Shown: positions 47,236-54,790 of the stretch, piece by piece
Numbering within the stretch: position 1 is the first letter of the stretch
How the letters are laid out: every line of letters begins with the position of its first letter
Assembly: GCA_045603405.1 (NCBI GenBank)
Contig: JAZUMA010000032.1
Span: forward strand, 64,102 to 128,101
Reading direction: 5' to 3'
Source of the DNA: Alphaproteobacteria bacterium
Lineage (GTDB): Bacteria > Pseudomonadota > Alphaproteobacteria > RF32 > CAG-239
Length of the DNA stretch: 64,000 bases
The notes under the pieces: model-generated
Databases searched by the model: none
The model's input: only the letters and a program-made list of their open reading frames with translations
Told to the model about the DNA's origin: nothing
Translations under genes and position numbers: made by a program

Positions 47236-48579
47236 CTACTTATGTCTTTTTTCCATATATTCCGTCAACCAATGAATATTATATTGCCCATCAATAAACT
47301 CATTTTGCGATATAATTTCTTGGTGTAAAGGAATGGTCGTTTTAACCCCCATAATTATAAATTCTTCTAATGCACGTCTTAATCTCATCAAAGTTGCATT
47401 ACGAGTTTTAGCATGTACAATTAGTTTAGCAATCATGCTATCATAGAAAGGCGGAATAGAATACCCTGAATAGATTTCTGAATCAACACGGATGCCAAGT
47501 CCGCCTGGTGCATGCCATTCTGTGATTTTTCCCGGACAGGGTGTAAATGTTTCAGGGTCTTCAGCATTAATACGGCATTCAATAGCATGCCCTCTAAATT
47601 GAATATCATCTTGTGTATAACCGAGTGCGGCTCCCGAAGCAATACGAATTTGTTCTTTAACAATATCAATTCCTGAAACTGCCTCTGTAATCGGATGTTC
47701 AACCTGCAAACGCGTATTCATTTCTAAGAAATAAAATTTGCCGTCTTCATACATAAACTCCAATGTACCGGCATTTTGATATCCTATTTTTTGAATAGCT
47801 TTACAAACAATATTACCAATTTCTTCGCGTTGTGACTGGTTTAGAGCAGGAGAGGGACACTCTTCAATTACCTTTTGATGATTACGCTGGATAGAACAAT
47901 CGCGCTCTCCTAAATGAATAACATTTCCATATTTATCCGCCAAAATTTGTATTTCAATATGGCGTGGATGTTGCAAATATTTTTCCATATAAACGACATC
48001 TGAAGGAAAAGCTGCTTTTGCTTCCGCTTTAGCCATCGTATATGCCTCAGCAATTTCTTCATCAGAAAAAGCAACCTTCATCCCTTTACCGCCGCCACCG
48101 TCTTTAGCTTTAATAATTACCGGATAGCCGATTTTATTAGCCCAAGCCTTAGCATCTTCGATACTTTCCAAAGCATCAGAGCCAGGCGTAATAGGTAATC
48201 CTGCATCAATAGCGGCTTGACGAGCTGTAATTTTATCTCCTAAAAGGCGCATCTGCTCTGCGGTCGGTCCGATAAAAGTAATACCATGTAATTCAACCAT
48301 TTCGGCAAAATCAGCATTCTCAGATAAAAATCCGAAACCAGGATGAATAGCGTCTGCTCCTGTAATCAAAGCAGCCGAAATAATTGCTTGTTTATTTAAA
48401 TAAGATTCTGAAGAACGTGCAGGACCGATACATACAGCCTCATCTGCCAAACGTACATGCATGGCATTAGCATCGGCTTCTGAATGTACAGCAACCGTAT
48501 GGATACCCATTTCACGGCAAGCTCTGTGAATTCTCAAAGCTACTTCACCACGGTTAGCAATTAACACTTTTTCAAACAT
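47236..48579 (-). CDS. accC: acetyl-CoA carboxylase biotin carboxylase subunit
   Basis: It begins MFEKVLIANRGEVALRI and has the ATP-grasp motifs GGGGKGM and EMNTRLQVEHP. The start was reset to the ATG preceded by AGGAGA. Confidence 0.95.
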   Translation of the reverse strand: MFEKVLIANRGEVALRIHRACREMGIHTVAVHSEADANAMHVRLADEAVCIGPARSSESYLNKQAIISAALITGADAIHPGFGFLSENADFAEMVELHGITFIGPTAEQMRLLGDKITARQAAIDAGLPITPGSDALESIEDAKAWANKIGYPVIIKAKDGGGGKGMKVAFSDEEIAEAYTMAKAEAKAAFPSDVVYMEKYLQHPRHIEIQILADKYGNVIHLGERDCSIQRNHQKVIEECPSPALNQSQREEIGNIVCKAIQKIGYQNAGTLEFMYEDGKFYFLEMNTRLQVEHPITEAVSGIDIVKEQIRIASGAALGYTQDDIQFRGHAIECRINAEDPETFTPCPGKITEWHAPGGLGIRVDSEIYSGYSIPPFYDSMIAKLIVHAKTRNATLMRLRRALEEFIIMGVKTTIPLHQEIISQNEFIDGQYNIHWLTEYMEKRHK

Positions 48580-48599
48580 AAACTGCTCTCCTAAAGCCA

Positions 48600-49082
48600 T
48601 TACTCAATAACCACTAAAGGTTCGCCATATTCAACCGGATCGCCGGATTCAACCAAAATCTTAACCACTTTACCGCTCTTATGCGCTTTGACAGGATTAA
48701 AAGTTTTCATTGCTTCTACCAAACAAACGGTATCACCTTCTACCACGCTATCTCCCGGTTTAACATAATTTTGTGATTTTGGATCTGCAGAAAGGTAAAC
48801 AACGCCAACCATCGGAGATTTAACGGCATTAGGACTGTTTGTATAATCCTCTTCAACAGAAGAAGCCGTTGTTTCTGATACAGCTGCAACAGGAGTAACT
48901 ACAGTCGGGGCAGAAGCTATTGTCTGCGTTTGCGCATAACTTGTTTGTACGTTTGCGCTTCCCAAATTTCTAGCCAAAGAGATTCGGCAAGTTTCATCTT
49001 CATATTCAAGTTCTGTTAAATTAGTTTTATCCAAGATTTCAGCCAGTTTGCTTATTATTTTTGTATCTATCGGATTAGACAT
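48600..49082 (-). CDS. accB: biotin carboxyl carrier protein
   Basis: It contains the EAMKT biotinylation motif (VEAMKTFNPV) and a Pro/Ala/Thr linker. The start was set at the second of two adjacent ATGs, based on GAGGA spacing. Confidence 0.9.
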   Translation of the reverse strand: MSNPIDTKIISKLAEILDKTNLTELEYEDETCRISLARNLGSANVQTSYAQTQTIASAPTVVTPVAAVSETTASSVEEDYTNSPNAVKSPMVGVVYLSADPKSQNYVKPGDSVVEGDTVCLVEAMKTFNPVKAHKSGKVVKILVESGDPVEYGEPLVVIE

Positions 49083-49269
49083 CATTATCCTCACAATAAA
49101 AATTAAATCTGCACCATCATTAGCCCAAAACAGAAAAAATACAAGCTTTTTCTTTGAATGCTCCCCAATAATACACAAAAAACACTTTTTTTAAGGAAAA
49201 TCTTGCAATTTTGGGTAACTTTATTTTATAATCCTCATCACTGAGAATATTTTGATTAAAGGAACGATT

Positions 49270-50526
49270 ATGGCAAATTTAGAAAGTGTTTTGAAAAACT
49301 ATACAATTTCAGGTGAAATTATCAATGAAACACGCGGTCCGCTCTTAAAAATTATAGAGTTTGAACCGGCACCTGGAACAAAACTTAAAAATATAACCAT
49401 GTCATTAGAAGATATTCGTCGTGAGTTAGGTGTTGCCTCGTTGCGCGTAGAACCGGCAGAAACCGGAAATGCTTTGTTATTTGAGATACCTGCCGAAAAT
49501 TTTGAGACGGTTGATTTTAAGCGGATGCTTGATTCTGAAGAGTTTGAAAAAGCAAAATCTAAATATGCGTTACCAATTTGCTTAGGAGCAGATATCAAAG
49601 GAACACCTGTATTTGCCGATTTAGCCAAAATGCCGCATATGTTAATCGGTGGAACAACAGGTTCCGGAAAATCAGTCGGTTTAAATACTTTTATGCTGTC
49701 TTTAATAGCGGCAAAAAAGCCTGCAGATTTGAAATTTGTGATGATAGATCCGAAAAAAATTGAGTTTACGATATATAATAATCAAAAATATATGATGGGG
49801 CCGGTTATCACGGAAAGTTGGGATGCTGTTAAAGTTTTATCTTTGCTTACAACAGAAATGGATAAGCGCTATGATATATTTGCCGAAAATATGGTTAAAA
49901 ATTTGGCAGAATATAATGAGAGAGGCGATGGACATATGCCTTATATTGTATGTGTAATAGATGAGTTTGCTGATTTAATGGCGGTAGATAAGTCCGTAGA
50001 AAAGGATGTAATGCGGTTAGCACAGAAGGCACGCGCAGCTGGTATTCATTTGATGTTAGCTACTCAACGTCCGTCGGTTGATGTTGTGACCGGAGTGATG
50101 AAAGCAAACTTCCCGACCAGATTGGCCTATAAGATGGCATCCAGGGTTGATTCGCAAACAATTATTGATATGCCGGGTGCTGAAAATTTGATTGGGCGAG
50201 GAGACTGTTTATTTTTAGCATCAGATGGTGCATTAAAACGCTTACATGGTGCATATATGCCGGATGAAGGGATTGCGGAAATGTTGAAGCCCTACGAGGG
50301 GAAAGTTAAGCCTTGGAATTTTCCTGAACAAGAAGAAGTTGTTGCTAAAGGATCAACCGGCAAGCAGGTTGTGGTCAAAAAAGAGAGTATCATTAAGCGT
50401 TGTTGGAAATGGTGGTGTGATCTAGGAACCAGAAAACAACAGCAAATCATCAATATATTCAAAAAATATGTTTTACCGACAATTGTAGCTTGGTATGCAA
50501 CCCACAAAAACAAAAAGAAGAAATAG
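49270..50526 (+). CDS. FtsK/SpoIIIE-family DNA translocase motor, lacking N-terminal TM and gamma domains
   Basis: It has Walker A GGTTGSGKS, Walker B VCVIDEFADL, and ATQRPSVDV. Only 419 aa. The C-terminus is basic and aromatic (CWKWWC..VLPTIVAWYATHKNKKKK). Confidence 0.8.
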   Translation: MANLESVLKNYTISGEIINETRGPLLKIIEFEPAPGTKLKNITMSLEDIRRELGVASLRVEPAETGNALLFEIPAENFETVDFKRMLDSEEFEKAKSKYALPICLGADIKGTPVFADLAKMPHMLIGGTTGSGKSVGLNTFMLSLIAAKKPADLKFVMIDPKKIEFTIYNNQKYMMGPVITESWDAVKVLSLLTTEMDKRYDIFAENMVKNLAEYNERGDGHMPYIVCVIDEFADLMAVDKSVEKDVMRLAQKARAAGIHLMLATQRPSVDVVTGVMKANFPTRLAYKMASRVDSQTIIDMPGAENLIGRGDCLFLASDGALKRLHGAYMPDEGIAEMLKPYEGKVKPWNFPEQEEVVAKGSTGKQVVVKKESIIKRCWKWWCDLGTRKQQQIINIFKKYVLPTIVAWYATHKNKKKK

Positions 50527-50544
50527 AATAGCCATGTGCGCAAA

Positions 50545-51120
50545 ATGAAAGATTTAGGTAGCAGGTTTTTAGCAACTCAAAGACTAGAGTTAAAGTCCCA
50601 AACAATGAAAGAACAAAAACATCTTTGGGAAATTTTAATGCTACCTGAGGTAAATCGCTTTTATTTGACTGTTTCTGCGCCACGCGATAATTTAATGAAT
50701 TGGGAACTTCAAAAAGAATTTTATAAAAAATCAAAAGAACACGCCAAAGACCTTGATGTTTATAAGTGGAGCATCTTTTTAAAAAGAACAGAGACTTGTA
50801 TTGGTCAAATAGATTCACACCAAATAGATAATTTAGATTCGAGTATCAGAGGAATAGGGTGGTACATCGGTCCTAAGTACCAACAAAAAGGTTATGCCAC
50901 CGAGGCTGCTGAAGCGATGATTAAATACTTATTTGCTGAAGTCAAAATAAATTCAATACAAACAAAAGCGGCTGTTAATAATATAGCTTCTTGGAAAATT
51001 ATGGAACATTTGGGGGTTAAGCGATTACCGGAAACATGTTGGACAAACTATACTTTTCTGGATGAACCGGCTGAATGCTATAAATATATCTTGACTGAAA
51101 AGATGTACTTTAAACAATAA
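50545..51120 (+). CDS. GNAT N-acetyltransferase (RimJ/RimL-like)
   Basis: It contains TQRLELK near the N-terminus and the acetyl-CoA motif QQKGYATEAAEAMIKY. Confidence 0.75.
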   Translation: MKDLGSRFLATQRLELKSQTMKEQKHLWEILMLPEVNRFYLTVSAPRDNLMNWELQKEFYKKSKEHAKDLDVYKWSIFLKRTETCIGQIDSHQIDNLDSSIRGIGWYIGPKYQQKGYATEAAEAMIKYLFAEVKINSIQTKAAVNNIASWKIMEHLGVKRLPETCWTNYTFLDEPAECYKYILTEKMYFKQ

Positions 51121-51137
51121 AGAATTTCATTTTTAAA

Positions 51138-51548
51138 CTAATGCAGATATTCTTTTATCACTTGTTTTAGTTTTTCAACATCTATCGTGATTTCATCTTC
51201 AAAAATTAACTCATCGACACTGCATTTTTCTATAGATTGGTACGTTGAATCCATTTTATAAAAAGCAATTTTTTTCTGTAATTTCATTGCATACTCGATT
51301 TCAAAAACACATCCATTGGCAATTTCACCAAAAAACCAGACTTCATCACATCGAGAAATTAAATTATTATTTCCATTACGAATAAGATCTCTGTCAACTA
51401 ATTCATTTAAAAAGTATCCATACACATTAAAAGGATTAATAGGCACTCCGCCGTGTTCAAAAACATATTTACAAACAAGCATCCTCATAAAAAAATTCTT
51501 TTTTGATTGTGCAGTAAAAATAAGCGGTTTTTTTTCGATTAAATTCAT
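51138..51548 (-). CDS. hypothetical protein, nucleoside 2-deoxyribosyltransferase-like fold suspected
   Basis: The pattern PINPF...CDEVWFFGEIANGCVFEIEYAMKLQKKI matches the ..G...E...A..g-K-i arrangement of NDT-like/DUF4406 proteins. The start was reset to MNLIEKK. Confidence 0.35.
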   Translation of the reverse strand: MNLIEKKPLIFTAQSKKNFFMRMLVCKYVFEHGGVPINPFNVYGYFLNELVDRDLIRNGNNNLISRCDEVWFFGEIANGCVFEIEYAMKLQKKIAFYKMDSTYQSIEKCSVDELIFEDEITIDVEKLKQVIKEYLH

Positions 51549-51624
51549 CTGATAGTCCTTATTTGTCAATAACATTGTTAAATATATCATAAATCTATTA
51601 AGAATCAAGTCATAATTAATTTAA

Positions 51625-51702
51625 CAAGCTCGAACCTCGGTTCGATCCCCAAACACAAAAAAACACCCGAGTAGGGTGTTCTTAAATGGTGGCCAGAGAG
51701 GG
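51625..51702. repeat. 78-nt direct repeat, distal copy (a terminator plus the last 16 nt of tRNA-Phe)
   Basis: It is identical to 51875-51952 except A/G at 51651/51901. Confidence 0.9.
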
Positions 51703-51874
51703 CTCGCAGAGCAAAAACAATCCTGTGAATTGTTTTTGCCGAGAGCATCAGTAAATGTTAGTGAGCGACTTTGTGGAAGCACAAACAAAGTGAATGTTAC
51801 AATTATGGGTGTCGAGCCTCCTCGACCTTGTCCGAAGCGCAGTTGGCAAGCGCTAAAGCGCGAGCCATATGGAG

Positions 51875-51936
51875 CAAGCTCGAACCTCGGTTCGATCCCC
51901 GAACACAAAAAAACACCCGAGTAGGGTGTTCTTAAA

Positions 51937-51952
<16 letters not shown>
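51875..51952. repeat. 78-nt direct repeat, proximal copy (overlaps the tRNA-Phe 3' end)
   Basis: See the distal copy. It spans the tRNA-Phe terminator and tRNA positions 61-76. Confidence 0.9.
51905..51930 (-). terminator. intrinsic terminator of tRNA-Phe (a duplicate lies at 51655-51680)
   Basis: The minus strand reads aacaccc uacuc ggguguu followed by a U-run. Confidence 0.75.
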
Positions 51953-52012
<60 letters not shown>

Positions 52013-52025
52013 ATCACGAGATACC

Positions 52026-52054
52026 ATTATAAATGAGATTTTTTTAGTTGGCAA
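52026..52054 (-). promoter_or_regulatory. putative tRNA-Phe promoter
   Basis: On the minus strand: TTGCCA, a 17-nt spacer, then TATAAT, 13 nt upstream of the tRNA 5' end. Confidence 0.6.
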
Positions 52055-52103
52055 GCATTTTTTTTATTTTTCTGCATTTTTTTGCAATACTTTGAATTAA
52101 AGA

Positions 52104-52134
52104 TAAAAAAGGCCGTCATAAAAGACGGCTTTTC
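52104..52134 (-). terminator. intrinsic terminator of htpG
   Basis: aaaaaaggccgtc ataaaa gacggctttt lies just past the htpG stop. Confidence 0.7.
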
Positions 52135-52147
52135 AGCAAAAATAAAA

Positions 52148-53992
52148 CTAAGCCACAAGAGATTTCAAAATAAACTCACTCAATTTCTCATTAAACAAAC
52201 TAGGGTTAGATACCGCTTCTCCTTCGGCTATTTTGGCTTGTTCCAAAATCAGCATGGAAGCATCCTTAACTTCATCTTCATGCCGTTTGTCTTGTACCAA
52301 TTCTGCCAGTTTAATAATAAGTGGATGATAAGGATTTAATTGTAAAACTCTTGTGCTGTCAAAATTCGTCTTCTGCTGATGATTTCGCATCAATCGTTCC
52401 AAATGAATACTCATCTGTCCGTCTTCAACTGTCAGATTTGCCGGACTTGTGGTCAATTTTTCCGTAGCTTCAACTTTACCGGCTTCTCCCTTAAACCATT
52501 CGGTCATTTTATCCATCAACATATGCAAACCTGTTTCATCAGCCTTAGCTTCATTACGTTCAAACTTCAAATCAATATCGGCCTGAGAAATATGCTTTAA
52601 GTTGTGTTCTTTATAAGAGAGCAGGGTTTGTGTCCAAAATTCATCGATTGGATCAGTTAAAAGCAAAACTTCAATATTTTTCTTCTTAAAAGCATCTAAC
52701 TGTGGGTTGCAACAAAGGGTTTTAGCATCATCACCGGTAATATAATAAATATCTTTTTGATTTTCCGGCATATGTGCAATATAATCATCTAAAGAAATCA
52801 ATTTTTCAGGAGATTTAGTCGAATAAAAGCGCGACAAACCGGCGACTTCTTCTCGATTAGCAAAATCTTCGTAAATACCTTCTTTAAAAGCCACTCCGAA
52901 AGCTTTCCAAAATGTTTCATAATCTGTCTCGTTTTCAGCTTTCCTCTTCAATTCTTTAAATAAACGGGAAACAACCCCTTGTCTTATTTTAGCAATCAGT
53001 GCATTATGTTGCAGCATCTCACGCGAAATATTTAATGGTAAATCATGACTGTCAATAATACCTTTAACAAAGCGCAGATACATTGGCATCAAGCCTTCAA
53101 CCTTATCAGAAATAAACACCTTATTAACATATAATTTTATACCTGTTAAACGGTCGGGTTGAAATAAATCATAAGGTGCTTTGGTAGGAATAAATAAAAG
53201 CCCTGTATATTCCAAACTGCCTTCTGCCTTAAAATGCAATGTCATCCACGGATCATCAAAGTTTTTAGTCACATGTTGATAGAAATCTTTGTATTGTTTT
53301 TCGGTAATATCCGCTTTGTTTCTTGTCCATAATGCAGCAGAAGTATTTACGGTTTCTTCTCCGGCTTCTCCAAGATTTAAAACAATTGGATAATCAATAT
53401 GTTCAGAATATGTATGAATGATATTTCTTAAATAAATTGTATCCACATAATCTAAAGCATCATCTTTTAAGTAAAGCGTAATATCCGTACCGTTAGTATC
53501 TTTTTTAGCTTCTGCAATTTCAAATCCGTCGACACCGTTTGACACCCAAGAATAAGCTTGCTCACTATCCGCCCTTTTAGTTACTATTTCAACTTTAGAC
53601 GCAACCATAAAAGCTGAATAAAAACCAACACCGAATTGACCGATTAAATCAACGATAGAACTGTTATCTTTTGCATTTTGTATAAATTCTGCTGTACCTG
53701 ATTTAGCAATTGTTCCGATATGATTAATTAAATCATCTTTGTTCATACCGATACCGTTATCAGAAATCATTAACGTTTTTTTATCTTTATCAGCGGTAAT
53801 AACAATCCGATATGGTGCATCAGATTTCTTTAAGTCCGGATTAGTCAAAGTCCAATAACGTAACTTATCAAGAGCATCTGATGCATTAGAAATCAATTCT
53901 CTTAAAAAAATATATTTTTCAGAATAAAGTGAGTTAATAACAATATCTAAAAGCTTGTTAACTTCTGTTTTAAACTCTATTTTTTCAGCCAT
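52148..53992 (-). CDS. htpG: molecular chaperone HtpG (Hsp90)
   Basis: It contains FLRELISNASDALDKLR, DNGIGM and GQFGVGFYS (a GHKL ATPase), at full length (614 aa). Confidence 0.95.
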   Translation of the reverse strand: MAEKIEFKTEVNKLLDIVINSLYSEKYIFLRELISNASDALDKLRYWTLTNPDLKKSDAPYRIVITADKDKKTLMISDNGIGMNKDDLINHIGTIAKSGTAEFIQNAKDNSSIVDLIGQFGVGFYSAFMVASKVEIVTKRADSEQAYSWVSNGVDGFEIAEAKKDTNGTDITLYLKDDALDYVDTIYLRNIIHTYSEHIDYPIVLNLGEAGEETVNTSAALWTRNKADITEKQYKDFYQHVTKNFDDPWMTLHFKAEGSLEYTGLLFIPTKAPYDLFQPDRLTGIKLYVNKVFISDKVEGLMPMYLRFVKGIIDSHDLPLNISREMLQHNALIAKIRQGVVSRLFKELKRKAENETDYETFWKAFGVAFKEGIYEDFANREEVAGLSRFYSTKSPEKLISLDDYIAHMPENQKDIYYITGDDAKTLCCNPQLDAFKKKNIEVLLLTDPIDEFWTQTLLSYKEHNLKHISQADIDLKFERNEAKADETGLHMLMDKMTEWFKGEAGKVEATEKLTTSPANLTVEDGQMSIHLERLMRNHQQKTNFDSTRVLQLNPYHPLIIKLAELVQDKRHEDEVKDASMLILEQAKIAEGEAVSNPSLFNEKLSEFILKSLVA

Positions 53993-54089
53993 AACATTCT
54001 CCTTGTTTAACTAGCTAAACAACACACAAAAAATATATAGGAAGTTGATTAAACAAACGCAAGCCTATTAAAGAATAAAATTAAAAAAA

Positions 54090-54629
54090 TTATTGAACAC
54101 CTTTTTTTTCTAATAAAGAAACAATAGGTAAGAACCTTTTTTTTCTAGCAATTTCTATAGGTGTTTCATTTTTAGCTGTCAAATAATTCATATCTCCGCC
54201 CAAGTCTATAATTTTTTCAACAGCATCAATTTTATTGCCTAAAATGGCATACATCAAAGGCGTATATCCTTGATAATCAGGGAAATTGATATAAGCTCCG
54301 TTTTTACAAAGCAAATCAATAACATCTATATTTCCTGCTTGTGCAGCATGATGAAGTGCAACGGTACCATCTTTACCACGTTTATTAACAACAGCATCAT
54401 TTAAAATTAAAAACTGTACAAAATTTCTTTTTCCTAACTGAGAAGCAATAATCAGAGGTGTATAACCATCTTTACCTATTTCATCAACGCTATATCCTAA
54501 AATAACCATATCTGAAAAGGCATCCAAATTTTCTTGTTCAATTATTTTGTATAAAGTCTCTTCCTCTGCCTGTACAGAAAAAGAAGATAAAAATAAAATT
54601 GCTAAAACAAGCCGACATATTCGCATCAT
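54090..54629 (-). CDS. secreted ankyrin-repeat protein
   Basis: A signal peptide (MMRICRLVLAILFLSSFSVQA) is followed by about 4 ANK repeats (GYTPLIIAS, GTVALHHAAQAGN, GYTPLMYAILGN, ETPIEIA). Confidence 0.85.
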   Translation of the reverse strand: MMRICRLVLAILFLSSFSVQAEEETLYKIIEQENLDAFSDMVILGYSVDEIGKDGYTPLIIASQLGKRNFVQFLILNDAVVNKRGKDGTVALHHAAQAGNIDVIDLLCKNGAYINFPDYQGYTPLMYAILGNKIDAVEKIIDLGGDMNYLTAKNETPIEIARKKRFLPIVSLLEKKGVQ

Positions 54630-54790
54630 CTAAAATCTCCAATTCAGATTTTTCAAATAACCATCAATGAAAAAACAATAATTTTCCTAATTATAAAGAG
54701 GAAATAATTAAAAAAAAACTAAAATAAAACTTGACAAAAGTAATTTTTTCGGCAAAATTGATTTACTTATAACAATAAAACAAGGATAAA

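Noticed and set aside
51830-51906. Plus-strand tRNA gene suggested by D-arm-like gcgcagttggcaagcgc and GGTTCGATCC
   Set aside because: The acceptor stem strands (gtccgaa versus ccccgaac) do not pair, the T stem has only 4 bp with an 8-nt loop, and no 7-nt anticodon loop can be placed. It is treated as a degenerate relic only.
51621-51924. ORFs 51621..51908 (-) and 51676..51924 (+) from the ORF track
   Set aside because: Both read through the duplicated tRNA-Phe terminator and 3'-end repeat. They lack SDs and have non-protein-like composition.
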